Below are positions 8,854-22,123 of a stretch of DNA of 64,000 bases, piece after piece; the stretch's first letter is position 1, and every line of letters begins with the position of its first letter. The notes under the pieces were generated by a model. It was not told the origin of the DNA. It was given only the letters and a program-made list of their open reading frames with translations, and did no database searches. Source of the stretch: Azolla caroliniana (lineage: Eukaryota; Plantae; Polypodiophyta); assembly GCA_043228905.1 (NCBI GenBank), contig JBHGNT010000012.1, positions 11,780,001 to 11,844,000 of the forward strand. The letters are read 5' to 3'. A program made the position numbers and the translations under genes.

Positions 8854-11155
8854 TCAACCAAAATTTCCCTTATCCTTCCATTTATGCGCGATCCTTCCAC
8901 TTGTGAACGCGAACGTGTTTTCTTTTATTATTGCTGCCGACCGTAACTTATCCTCTACTTTTTGGTATTCTTTCTTCATTCCTCCGGTCCGTGTACGTAG
9001 ATGCCCCATCCAGACTAATTCGTACTTGTTTTGCTCCGAGAGTTTTCTTCCTGTGTGGGGTATCAGGGCTTCTCGGACTATCACTTCCCCACTCCGCAAC
9101 AGTCCGCTCTAAAAATCCATCCTTGTTTGGGAGAAGAGCTCTCACTTGTTCCTTTCATGATTTGCCGACACAGTTAGGAATTGGATGGATTTCCCTCCGC
9201 TTTGGCTCTGAATTCATGCGAAAGCTACACCGCTATCGAGCAGCTTTGGCTCCATCTGTGAAGCCGTGATAAAGGGTTGCCCAAGGATCACGGAATGTGA
9301 GACCTCATCTTTTACGAAGAAATTTTGGTCGATCTCGACATCCCCGATCTTCACCGTCACATCCGGACAAGCCGCAAATAGATCTTCCGTTGCTTTAGTG
9401 GCTGCCAGGATCTTCCATCCATGGTTAGTGTTTATAGGCCACTTCCCCTTCCGGTAGAACTCCTTGGACATCAAATTGATCTTCGATCCATGATCAATCA
9501 ATGCTAGCATGGGCTCTTTGATGTTGCCAATTTGGACCGGAGTCTTTTTAGTTGCACATGCCCAATGTGGCCTTGTGTGTAGTGGGAGTTCGGAATTTCG
9601 TCCTTCACTTCGGTGTCATTCATTAAAACCGTGTTTGCATTCTCCTCCGTACTTTGTCTTTTTCTCTTCACGAGATCCACAAGAAGATCATGGAACTCCT
9701 TCTTCGCTATTCCGAGTAATTCCCAAAGCACAAATTTCCACCCGGCTATCAAGGATTCTCCCCTTAAACACTTTTTTCAAGTCCGTTTGTTGTTCGATGT
9801 CGGAGGCGAGTTTGAATACCAGAATCGTTTTTTCTTTCCCCTTCTCTCCATAGTTCCAGCTTTCTGGTGTCTTTGATGGTCCAGCCGCATCATCCGTGTG
9901 TCGTCGTTTCTGGTCTACATACACCTCATGCATTTGGCATAGGGTGTGGCGTGTACACTATTTTTATCAACGAGACACTCCCATCCTGTAGCTTCTCGGT
10001 TGCCTTCTGTGGTGTTTCGGATATCACGGGAATCGGTTTTCTCGGGGTTTTCTAGCACTTCTGGCCAAAAAGACGCCTTTGCTCCCGATGACTCACCCAC
10101 ACTTATTCCCGTGGTTGTCACATAATTACCTTTCGCCACTATTTCCTCCTCTAGGACCTTCTTCATGCCGCCTTTCCAGAAGTTCGGTCGGAGTGGCTTC
10201 TGAGAGTCCATCGAATGAATCTGATTTCCCTCGTAGTAGATAAGATCTCGTCGTAACGCCTCCTTGTGCTTGTCGCAATCCCTCCGATCATGTTCGGTGC
10301 TAGGACCTTCTTCATGCCGCCTTTCCAGAAGTTCGGTCGGAGTGGCTTCTGAGAGTCCATCGAATGAATCTGATTTCCCTCGTAGTAGATAAGATCTCGT
10401 CGTAACGCCTCCTTGTGCTTGTCGCAATCCCTCCGATCATGTTCGGTGCTATGACACCATATACATCAACGGTCCATATACTTGGAACTTGTGGGACGGT
10501 CATCCGACTTCTTCACCATCATGATTTTTAGATTCTCCATCTCCTTCAACAACTGCTCCACCGTGGTTGCGTCGATTCCCTTCTTGGTCGTTGTCTCCCG
10601 AGCCTATGGTTGATGGTCTTCCAGTCCGGATCATGGTTTTGGAATCGGTTCCGAAACCCTCTTTGCTTCATTAGCAAGCCATTGCCCCCTCTTCATGTAT
10701 TGCAAGACGATATCCCGCACGCTTTCCCATGTTTCGGTGAGGCCTCCAAAAGCACTCCAAGATCTTTCCGGTCCCGGATGTCCACGGCTCGTAGGAACAT
10801 GATCACTTTGTCCGGTGCAAGAATAGCTTGATATCTCGCAATCAACCTCCCGAATTGACTTTCGAATGACAAAAACACATCGAGGACCTTCATCCCCTTA
10901 CCTAGTGTTTCCACCCAATCTTTGAATCCCCTCCTCGTTGCCCTGGAGGAGTCCTTGATGGCGAACGTGGTCTTTAGCGCCTCTTCAAATGCCTCCCACG
11001 TCAGATTTTGCTGCCGTATCCCCTGGATACTCCCTTGAAGCCCGTTGGTCGCCACCCAGTTCAAGGATGTCAGTTGTAGTCCTTCCGAAATCCCGCACCA
11101 TAGCATTTCCGCCTTGTAATCTCGCAAATACCACAACATATCTTTCCCATTGAAT
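8854..11155 (-). mobile_element. Degenerate gypsy gag-protease-RT remnant (same family as 52350-56329)
   Basis: FNGKDM..YL.DYKAEM gag and ALIDHGSKINLM protease, homologous to the 54115-55800 and 53936-54163 ORFs. Confidence 0.8.
10151..10452. repeat. 149-bp tandem duplication within gypsy gag
   Basis: CTAGGACCTTCTTCATGCCG... starts at 10151 and 10300 with identical sequence. Confidence 0.9.
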
Positions 11156-11715
11156 TGAATTATGAGACAATGTACGTGGGAGAGACAGAGAGGGGATGAA
11201 CACACAAAAAAAACTAAATTCAAAATATTGTGTAAATACAGGTCCATACGGACTGATTGAAGTACTGACACTTACTTGAATGCTCATAACTGAGCTCCTA
11301 CACTAACTCCCAAATATATTCCCTTGCGGGATATTTGTTCAACGGCCTCTCGGTTTCCGCACTGATCTGGCCTCTTTATGCGCACTAGTTTGCGCACCAG
11401 TTTACGCACCGATCCGGTTCTCGGCTTGCACAACCGATCCGGCCAATGTTGAGCTTGTATCTCAACAATTCGGTTAGCCGACTACTGAACCATATGTCTG
11501 GCCATCGCCGTCCGTCGACTGGCTTCATCCTCCGGATGTCTGTGGCTTGGCATCCTCTCTCTCCTTCGGTCGGCTCCCTGTTCGTCCACCGTTGTTGGTT
11601 GTCACTGTTTGTCGGTCATTGTCGTCGTCGACTGTCAGCCGTCGTCTCGGCTCGCCGAGTGTCTCTATTCGGCTATCAAACGTCTTCCGCCTGAGATGCC
11701 GCCTCAGCTCATACA
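11156..11715 (-). mobile_element. LTR (3' type) preceded by a polypurine tract
   Basis: The minus strand reads GAGGGGA followed by TGTATGAG at 11715 and ends near CA at 11156, where it abuts gypsy gag. Confidence 0.55.
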
Positions 11716-13254
11716 TCCCCTCAAACGTTCACTTCCATAGTGGGCACTGCGGTGGTATCTTCTTGTTTTGGCTCGCCTTCAAGGATGATGGCACTGTAGC
11801 CAGAGAATGATGAACCTCCACTTCCACAGGAGTAGCGCCACCTCTCTTTATCCTGCACATTCCATAGCTCAGATCCTTCCTATTGCATAGTATTTCTCTT
11901 CCTGTTGTCGTTGTTGACTCCATTACCATTGTAGTGTCTGAGGATTCTTGAACGTTTTCATATACTCGCCCGCCATAGCCACATCTGTACGAACGTTGGT
12001 TCTGTATAAGGTGTATGGACATGATCGACTACTTCTGTACGAGCTTTTGAACGTCGGTTCTGTATAAGGTGTTTTGGCTCGCCTTCAAGGATGATGGCAC
12101 TGTAGCCAGAGAATGATGAACCTCCACTTCTACAGGAGTAGCGCCACCTCTCTTTATCCTGCACATTCCATAGCTCAGATCCTTCCTATTGCATAGTATT
12201 TCTCTTCCTGTTGTCGTTGTTGACTCCATTACCATTGTAGTGTCTGAGGATTCTTGAACGTTTTCATATACTCGCCCGCCATAGCCACATCTGTACGAAC
12301 GTCGGTTCTGTATAAGGTGTATGGACATGATCGACTACTTCTGTACGAGCTTTTGAAGGTCTGCCGAAACGGCCGGATCGCCGACCTTGAAGAAGGCTTG
12401 GAGGGAGCGTCGCGCTAAGGAGTCCAATGGCGTCTTATCTATATGATGATGCTTCCACTTCTACTCTCTCCCTCCCTCACTCTCCCTCTCTGTACGTGTG
12501 GTTCTGATCTGAACCTGCAGAAAGTGGTTCCAAAAAGAGAAACGACAATGCATTTCCTTGCCGAGAAGAAGACGATGATGACGAAAGTCCATATGTGTAG
12601 GAGGAGGAGTGGAGGGAGCTTCTGGAGCGAGGTTTGGGTGCATTGTGGCTGTGGTGATCTGAGTTTCCTCAGAGGCTTGGCTGACAACAGAGCCATGGAT
12701 CTGGAACTGTGCAGAAGCAGTTATGGATGCCACCATATCCAGAGATAGGGGTACATTGTGGTCAAAGAGAAGATGGTAAGGAGGCATGACGAGGTCAGAT
12801 GTGTTCCTTGAAATCAAAGTGCAGCTCGATCGGGAGAGAAGAAGAATGACAGATCACAATACACAGGAGATAGGGAGAAGAGCAACAATATACTCATCTT
12901 ACTAAATCTCTAGATCCCAACACACACCACGAAGCTTTAATAAAAACAAATCACCATACATAGAATCTAAGCCCAAAACCACAACACAGACATTAACATA
13001 CACATAGGGAGGGAGTGTGAGGAGGTGACTTCATCTCACGGGAATAATGTTGATATCTCCATCATAGGTTGGCTCCCACACAAAGAGTCCATGCACCACA
13101 CCATACTCTCTACATAAACACTAACAGACACGTGTAGAGAGGGAGAGACACGTAGAGAGAGGTAGAGATAGAGATCAGTGATAGAGAGGGAGAGTGAGGG
13201 AGGGAGGGAGTGACCTCTTCTCAAGGGAGGTCGTCTGTTCGGGCGTGCCAAAAG
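11716..13254 (-). mobile_element. Internal region of a non-autonomous LTR element (PBS to PPT, no gag/pol)
   Basis: LTR end ...TCAACA at 13255, then CTTT TGGCACGCCC PBS (13250-13241). PPT at 11716-11722. Contains a 300-bp tandem duplication (about 11765-12357). Confidence 0.5.
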
Positions 13255-13304
13255 TGTTGATGGAGGGGGGGTGAAGCCATTCCAAGGGGAATTATGTGTC
13301 AGGA

Positions 13305-13339
<35 letters not shown>

Positions 13340-13379
13340 AAATGACACAAAAAATGAGAGGGAAAAATGTGTCCTCCAT

Positions 13380-16036
13380 TACATACCCAATAAAAGGTTT
13401 ATACAATACATAGTGTAATGGCTAATAATATAACCGTTACAAAAAGAAGACCATTACATGCTTGTCACATGCACATAATTGTGCATGGGTTTACACAAAT
13501 ATTTATCCTCATTCACACTCTCCTACATTACACAAACAAAACAACCCCTTTAACGTGTTTTACCCTTATACCGCCCCGTACAACTCCTCCGGGTAATAAC
13601 CTTAATGGCCGGATTATGGTGATTCACCACGACCGACCCTATAATAGATTTGGCAAAATGGGTAGAAATCATGACTTGGCCTACGTTATGCATACAGATC
13701 TCCATGGCCTACCATACAAGATCCTCCGTCGTCGTAATGTCCTCCGTACGGGACGATGTTGTCTTGGTTGCTGCATCCTGTCGCATGGAATCAACGTTGG
13801 CCTTGTTGGCTTTGTCTACCCATGTTTTTGCAGCTTTTCTTATGTCATCTTGCATTTCCCACTCGGCCATCTTGGACTAGTTATACTTCCGCCATAATGG
13901 TATTCACCGCCAATCCCTTGCCCTTATTGCGTCGTGGGCATTGAGTTGCGTAGTGATGTGACTGTTGATAGATAAAAGAATGGACACTAGACTCACCTTT
14001 TTCTACAGTTGGTTGAACCACGGGATCGGGTGGTGGTGCAAGTTTGTCGCGAGGTCTCTAGTAGTACTAACGCTCCCGCGTACTTCGGGGCTTCCTGCGG
14101 TAATCACATCTATTGGTATTCTAGGGGTGACGTCAGTCTTCCTCCAAACTATCATCGCAGGGTTGTTAGTTACGTGGGTGTTTGTCTCCTTCGTACAACT
14201 GTGTTTCAACCTACCCACCTCGATAGTTCGTTGAACGCCGATTCTCGTAGCATCGCCCTTCGCGGTGGTTATTCTGGTCGTTCCGACGATAGTCATCTTA
14301 CTCTTGATTATCATCATCCCCGTCTTGATCATCATCTTGGCTATTACGGTCATTCCGGTCATTACACCGATTCTGATAACGCTCATCCTGTCGAAAGCAG
14401 TCGTTGGGTTGCCGATAGTTATGTTGTGGTTTAATTTGCCGAACCGGCGCTGAGGGTTGATTCAGATGGTTGTATTTGCATTGGTCGATTGTATGTTGCC
14501 GAGAATGGCAAATAGGGAAGTGAGCCCCCGCATGTTGCAGTCGACCGCTAAGTGTCTTGAGTTAAGGTAGATTGTGCATTGAATAGCCTACTGGAACCGA
14601 TACTCATTGTCTTGCGGTAACACTTGCCGTAAGGATGTCATAGCCATGCCTTCGTCTGTGTCTTCTAGCTCCATCCGAAGAATCCGGTTGATAACTGTGT
14701 ATATCATCTGGCCCGTAAAGTCGACCCCAACGTCGTGCACAGGGGTTGGCATAAGGCGGCAAGGAAGTTGTCTTTAGCCTCGTCCTCGGTAGGTGCCCGC
14801 TTAAGCGGGATTCTTAGGTTCTGGAACCAGATGATGAAATTGGTGACCAATTCTTGATCGACCTGTCAAATCGAATAGAACTAACCAATGATTTCCCGTT
14901 GCAGAACGCTCTGGTGAAACAATCAAAGAAACGCAGTGCAGAGCTGATCGAAGGTCATAAAAGTCGAGAGATCGAGCTACGAGTTCCATCGCACTGCTCT
15001 CCTATTGAGAGTGAGCACAAACTCCGTGATCTTGGAGGCATTAGCGTTGGCCTCTAAGAGTCTCTGCGATACATGGTTCGCGTTCTAGAAATTGAGTACA
15101 TAGATCATCTGAAGCTATCATAGGCAGGCTCAGTTGAACGTGGTGAGGGGTTTGTCTTACTAGTGCTCTCAATGTCCAGGTGAAGTGGGGAGAGGACCTC
15201 CTAACCAATTGTGCATTGCTCGGTGATCACGGACTCGAACGTGCTTTCGACAAGTTCCAGTAAGCGGGTGTCGAGGCGTGATTTTTCCACTGCAAGTTCT
15301 GTCGTCTTTCAGCATTCTCCCCAAGTATGGGCTTTACCTTGACAGTTTGTTTCTTTGCTACCTCCGTGGCTAGATGACATCCATCCCCTAATGTTCACCT
15401 GTGCTTGTCACAAATCGTCGAGCATGCCAAAAGTGTTAGCGGTTAATGTGACATAGTGTTGAATCCTCAGTCTTTCAAGATTTGGCTCAAGGTTATTGTG
15501 GTAAGTTTTATCTTAATCCTAGAGATTGTGGAGATTAGGAAGACGGCTACAACCGACTTCTTGCGCAATAGCATACACCGTGTATTTGACTCAACATAGA
15601 AAATGAACTTGGCACGAAAACCGATACCAAGAGTCACAAGACACAGAGAGTCAGACAAATAGAGACTATATTGTAGATGTTTGAATACAAAATTATTGCT
15701 AGCTATTACAAGTTTTCCATGCCCTTTATATACAACGGTATGGTCGGTTATGCTCGGCACGTGAACCGTTACTTTTTCTTTAAACTATTAATTACGCTTT
15801 GGCTGTTACTCCCTCTTCATTACGTTACGGCTCCACCTATCTTCTTCACTGGCCGTGACCATCCCTTTGTCTTTTCTCCTTCTTGAACTTTCCCACTTGG
15901 CCGTCCAAGGTGTCCAACACTAACTCCCATAGAAAAGAATTACTCCACAATGGAAAAGGAATCGTTAGCAATCGTATGGGCTTTCGCAAAATTCCACCCA
16001 TACCTACATGGCACCTGTTGAGAAGCAAGCTCAACA
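13380..16036 (-). mobile_element. Tat-like gypsy remnant: 5' LTR 15434-16036, PBS and degenerate gag
   Basis: LTR reads TGTTGAG...CTAACA with CTTT TGGCATGCTCGAC PBS at 15429-15417. Degenerate Zn-knuckle-like gag segments lie at about 13.9-14.6 kb. Confidence 0.6.
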
Positions 16037-16051
16037 TGGGGGATTTCTCTT

Positions 16052-19000
16052 TGTTGAGAATCAAGCTCAACATAGTGCAACGTGTGAACACACCTTTTGA
16101 GAATCTATGATTACTCAAAGGTTAAGAGTCACACCACTACTCTCTACACATTAACTATGTGTCATAGAATCATATTCTATGACACATAATGAGTTACATA
16201 TTCCCCATGACTATGAGTCTTCACATTCCCCAAAAGAGAGTAGTTGTTGTAGTGCATTAATGAAGAGAGAGGGTGACCTTATATAAAGCACCCTTCTCCT
16301 TCTTCATACTAAGTTGGTTTTGACTCCTTGTAATGCTACATTTTGTATTTGCTATTCTACTTGTGAATATACACCTTCTTCTTGACTATTCCTTTTTCTA
16401 TCTATCTTGTGTTCTCTCTTCTCTCTTCTCTCCTCTAATTCCTCTCATAGATACACATAACACGCATCTCTTGCGCTACACAAGAATCATACCCGATTCT
16501 TTACATGGTGTCAGAGTGGTTTGGTAGCTCGATATACTCGATCTATGTGTTGCATTCTACGCCGACATTCGAGAAGAACCGGTTCATCGCTATCGTAGTG
16601 CGACTACATAGTCGTGTTCGAGAGAGAAGGAAAAGAAGAAAGAAAGCTTCATTGACAATGAATACTCAAATGGGGAGCGCTCTCCCTAGCGACAACTTGG
16701 ATCGAAACAACTTTGCATCTTGGGAGTACAAGATGCATCAATACCTTGTCGGTGAAGGATATTAGAGCTACATCAAAGGAGCACAAGAAAATCGACCTGA
16801 CCATAAACATGCCGACTACGAAACATGAGAGCAAGCGGCAAGACAAGTGATGTATTGCTTGGCGACATGTGTTCATGACCACATGCTCAGCTACATTCGA
16901 GAAGCCGAGATGCCAAAGGAAGCATGGGAGAATCTACGAAAGCTTTTTCCCGCCAACACAACCACGAGAAAGCTTCAACTCCACCCAAAGTTGAATAACA
17001 TCCAACAAAGGGATATATGTCCATCACAAGCTACATCTTGAAGATCAAGGAGCGTTGTGATACACTCGGTTCGATAAGCGTTAATGTGGACGATGATGAG
17101 ATGGTGCAAATATGCCTCGGCGGCCTTGCACAATGGTTCAACGTGTTGAGGACCGTCGTACTAGCACGGGAGAATCCGCCCACCTTCTTCGATCTTCAAT
17201 CCATGTTGTTGGTCGAAGAAAACCATGTTAGAACAAGGTGCTACACCTCAGAAGGCCACATGCTTTACCTACACTCACAACGACATATTGCTCTCACAGT
17301 GACACTACGTGTTGAATATGTTGTACAAGTTCGGCATGATGGAATGCCGACCGATCTCTACACCCCTGGACCGGAACATGAAGCTACATCCCGACTCCGG
17401 ACCGGCCTACAATGAGACACGGTTCCGACAAATTGTTGAAAGCCTTATCTACTTGACAATCACCCGACCTGACATCAGTTACCTGGTTGGAGTGATCAAC
17501 CAGTTCATGCAGAAGCCGGCCATCGAGCACCTTCAGTGCGCACACCGGATACTCCAGTATGTTAGCGGCATGAAGGATCAGGGATTGTTATACTGACACA
17601 GTATAGCTGGGAAGCTAGTCGAATATACCTATGCCGACTGGGTTGGTAATGCATCGGATCGCTGATCCACCTCCGGCTACATGTTTTCTCTTGGTAGCAT
17701 GGATGTTATGTGGAGCAGCAAAAAGCAGCCAACAATGGCTCTGTCGAGCACTGAGGCTAAATACCTGGGTGCTACCATTGTCACCTATGAAGCCATCTGG
17801 CTTCGACGACTGTTGCAAGACCAGCGAATTGAAGTACCGACCCTGATCCTGATCTACTGTGACAACATGAGCAACATTCAGCTCGGCAAGAACCCCGTGT
17901 TCCATGCTTGGATGAAGCACATAGAAGTCCACTATCACTTTGTGCGTGAGCGGGTTTTGAGCGGTGAAGTTGAACTTCTGTATGTTTAGACGGATCAGCA
18001 AGTTGCCGACATCTTTACCAAACCGCTTGGATCAGACAAGTTGCAACACTTCACCGAAATGCTTGGTGTACAACATCTCGACGTGCCGCACTTGAGGGGG
18101 AGAACAGGAACGGGCAAAGGCACTGGTGATGGCACCAAACAAGGACCCGGAGAGGAAGAAAGAACCAAGGGGGGAGATGAGCAGAAAAAGGGAGCCGAGT
18201 CCACCAAGGGAGTCATCACATCCGAACAAGTCGACTATGCACAGAGGAAGAGGACGCGGTCGTACAAGAAGAGGCTGATTCGTCCAAGGACTTGACGGAC
18301 GAGTTTCGACCTATGAAAACAACTCCCAATTTCGACATCAAGATGGAAGCCAATAAGGAACATTCGGAAGAAGGGAGACCTTCCATTCCGGTCTGAGCTA
18401 ACAAAAGTTGATCGAATGTGGACATTGCAGAAAAATCGGCCGCCATGAAGAAGAGCACCGAAAGAAGATGCGTGAGTTGGCTTCCACTAGCCGACAGCTA
18501 ACCAATTATGCCACCAACTCTAACTATTAAGACCATGGCGGAATGTTCGTAATGAGACATAGAGCAACTTCTATGTCAGCTTCTACTTCAATTAGTACCT
18601 CCAGTCCAGAATACGTATGGTTCGTCGACTCCAGTACCTCGAACCATATGACATATCATCAAGAATGGTTCTGAGAACTTCGAGAGTCAGATTGACCCGG
18701 CTTTGTCGAAACTGGAGACGACACTACGCATCCAATTCGGCACATCGACAATGTCCCATTCGGCAAAGAAGGTAACCAAACTTACATTAAAAAGGTCTTG
18801 CATGTACCAACCATTACGAAGAATTTGGTCTCCGTTGGCCAAATTGTTGAGCAAGCAATGCAAGTATGATTTAATCAAGGTGGTTGCTTCATTGAAAAAG
18901 AGGGCCAACTCATCACTCGCGGACGAAAAGAGGGCCGAATGTTTATTCTCGACTCGCACGAGATGAAATCGGCCATGTTCGCAAAGGGCACGAAAGCCAA

Positions 19001-22000
19001 ACTTACATTAAAAAGGTCTTGCATGTACCAACCATTACGAAGAATTTGGTCTCCGTTGGCCAAATTGTTGAGCAAGCAATGCAAGTATGATTTAATCAAG
19101 GTGGTTGCTTCATTGAAAAAGAGGGCCAACTCATCACTCGCGGACGAAAAGAGGGCCGAATGTTTATTCTCGACTCGCACGAGATGAAATCGGCCATGTT
19201 CGCAAAGGGCACGAAAGCCGATTCCGACATAGAGTTATGGCACAAGCGGATTCGCTAAATGAACCTCCAAAAGCTCAAGGCAATGGAATCAAAAGGAGTC
19301 GTCATCAGGCTCCCGACATTCAAGGAGAAAGAGATTGAAGGTGTGTGTGTCATTTGCCAATTCGGCAAGCAACATTTCCACCCATTTCCGAAGGAGAGGA
19401 ACGTGAGCAAAGGCGTACTTGATGTAATTCATTCCAATGTATGGGGGGTGGCTCAAACGACGACATTCGGCGGATGCCGATACTACGTGGCCTTCATTGA
19501 CGATTTCTCTAGGCACACCTAGATCTACCCCATGCGGCAAAAGAGCGATGTGTTCGGACACTTCAAAAATTCTAGAGCAGAGTCAAAAAGGAAACGAGCC
19601 GACATGTACGATGTCTTCGGTCGGATGGAAGAAAAGAGTACTTCTCTGACAAATTTTCGGCGTTTATCCGGAAAGAAGGAATTCGGTGAGAGTTTTTGTG
19701 TCGACATACGCCACAACAAAATGGACTAGCCGAACGAAAGAATCGGCACATCCTTGAAGTAGCACGGGCCATGATGAACGAAAAGCACCTGCCGAAGTCG
19801 TACTAGGCAAAAGCCGCCAATACAGCCTACCTAATGAACCAGTGTACAACATCTGGCGTGCATGAGGTTACCTCGCATGAGAAGTTTTTCGGAAAGAAGC
19901 TAGACCTATCACATGTTCGGATATTCCACTCCATTGGCTACGTGCACATCCCCGATGAGAAGCGACAAAACCTCGACCCAAAGTCGGAGAAGTGTATCCT
20001 CGTGGGATACTCACTGGAGCAAAAGGGGTACAAGTGTTATAACCCCTCGACTCCAAAAGTTCGAGTAAGTCAAGACGTCGTTTTCGATGAGTTTGCATCC
20101 TAGTACACACCAGAGACAACTTCGACTCTAATTCCGCTCAAACCGGAATCCATTGAAATAGAAATAGATGCTGAAAATTGACTCACACACATTTTCAAAG
20201 AAAGGCTTAGTAGGCTTAGTAGGCCACAAGAGCCTCTGTGTGATCAAAGCACATCTCAGCCTAGTTCGAAGATGGACAAAGGCAAGGCGAAAATGCCGGA
20301 GTATGAAGACGATCACTTCGACGACAACGAATCAACTCACTTCCTCGATAGTGAGCTCGAAGGCCTTGACATCCAGACAAATGGAACGAAGAAAGACTTA
20401 GTATCCACAAACGAGAAGCTCCGCCGATCCACCCGAGAAAAGAACCCGGTAAGCCGATTTGTCTACGATGAGTATCTGAAGGTAGCAACAGTACGGTAGC
20501 CGAAAACCTTTTCCAAAGCCATGAAGGACCCGCGATGGGTTGAAGCAATGAACGAGGAGATGCGAGCACTTTGCAAGAACAAGACATGGGATCTCGTTCC
20601 GCACTCACCGCACAAGAAGGCGATTGGCTACGGATGGATTTATAAGGTGAAGTATAATTCCAACGACTCTGTAAACCACCACAAAGCTCGATTCGTAGGG
20701 AAAGGATACGCACAGACACATGGAGTCAACAACGAAGAGACATTTGCCCTGGTGGCAGAGATGACGACTGTGCGGACCGTGATCGCACTCGCAGCAGTGA
20801 AAGGTCCACCAAATGGACGTCAAGAACACCTTTCTTTAAGGAAAATTAGAAGAGGAGGTGTACATGGGACAACCACCCACCTTTGAATTGAGCATCCATC
20901 CGAACACAGTCTACCGATTGAAGAAGCCACTATACGGCCTTAAGCAAGCACCACGTGCTTGGCATTCGAAGATAACACAATATCTTCATCAAATCAGCTT
21001 TCGACGGTCGAAATCCGACAACTCCATCTATGTACGAAACGACTCTAGAAGTTCTATTGTCATCATTTTATACATGGATGATCTGGTTATTAGAGGTGAG
21101 CATTTAGTCGACATCAACAAGGTGAAGTCCCTCGTCTCCAGCAAGGTGGACGATCAACCTCTGGTTTTGTCTTCTCCCTTGTGAAGTAGCAAAAAGCAAG
21201 GTGAAGCAATTTTGTGAAGTAGCAAAAAGCAGCCAACCGTCACTCTTTTGTGTACGAAGGCTGAATCCAGGGGGTGCAACCGTAGCTGCATGTGAAGCCG
21301 TATGGCTCAAGAGGATTTATCTGCGACAACATGAGCAATATTTATCTGGCTCGGAACCCGGTGTTCCATGCACACACAAAGCATATCAAAGTGCACTACC
21401 ACTTTATTCGAGAGCGTGTTCAGGCCGGAGATGTCGATCTTCTACACATCAACGTTGAATATTCAGAAAGCCGACATCTTCGCCAAGGCCCTAGGAGCCG
21501 ACAAGCTTCGGCAATTCATCTCAGACCTTGGATTGACAATTCTTGACTTGCCAAACTTGAGGGGGAGTACAAGAGAAAACCGGATACTGTCTGAACCGGG
21601 TACGAGTTGAAGTGAACATCGGAGATCGTCTGAATTGGATACCATATGAAGCAGACATCAACTAAAAGGAACTGACCCAAGTTGAGCTCAAGGGGACGTG
21701 TTGAGAATCAAGCTCAACATAATGCAACGTGTGAACACACCTTTTGAGAATCGATGATTACTCAAAGGTCAAGAGTCACACCACTACTCTCTACACATTA
21801 ACTATGTGTAACTAATGAGTTACATATTCCCCATGACTATGGGTCTTCACATTCCCCAAGAGAGAGTAGTTGTCGTAGTGAGTTAATGAAGAGAGAGGGC
21901 GACCTTATATAAAGCACCCTTCTCCTTCTTCATACTAAGTCGATTGTGACTCCTTGTAATGCTACATTTTGTATTTCCTATTGTACTTGTGAATATACAC

Positions 22001-22118
22001 CTTGACTATTCCTTTTTCTATCTATCTTGTGTTCTCTCTTCTCTCCTCTAATTCCTCTCACACATACACATAACACACATCTCTTGCACTACAAAAGAAT
22101 CATACCCAACTCTTTACA
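16052..22118 (+). mobile_element. Ty1/copia element with both LTRs, internally rearranged
   Basis: LTRs 16052-16505 and 21699-22118 (TG..CA), PBS TGGTGTCAGAG at 16506, PPT before 21699, TSD CTCTT/CTATT. Contains gag, RNaseH, PR, INT and RT fragments. Confidence 0.9.
18777..19218. repeat. 221-bp tandem duplication inside copia pol
   Basis: CCAAACTTACATTAAAAAGG... is repeated; ORFs 18703 and 18939 have identical tails. Confidence 0.9.
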
Positions 22119-22123
22119 CTATT

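Noticed and set aside
11958-12328. Homeobox (WOX-like) fragment suggested by HLIQNRRS
   Set aside because: It lacks the invariant WF and the rest of the homeodomain.
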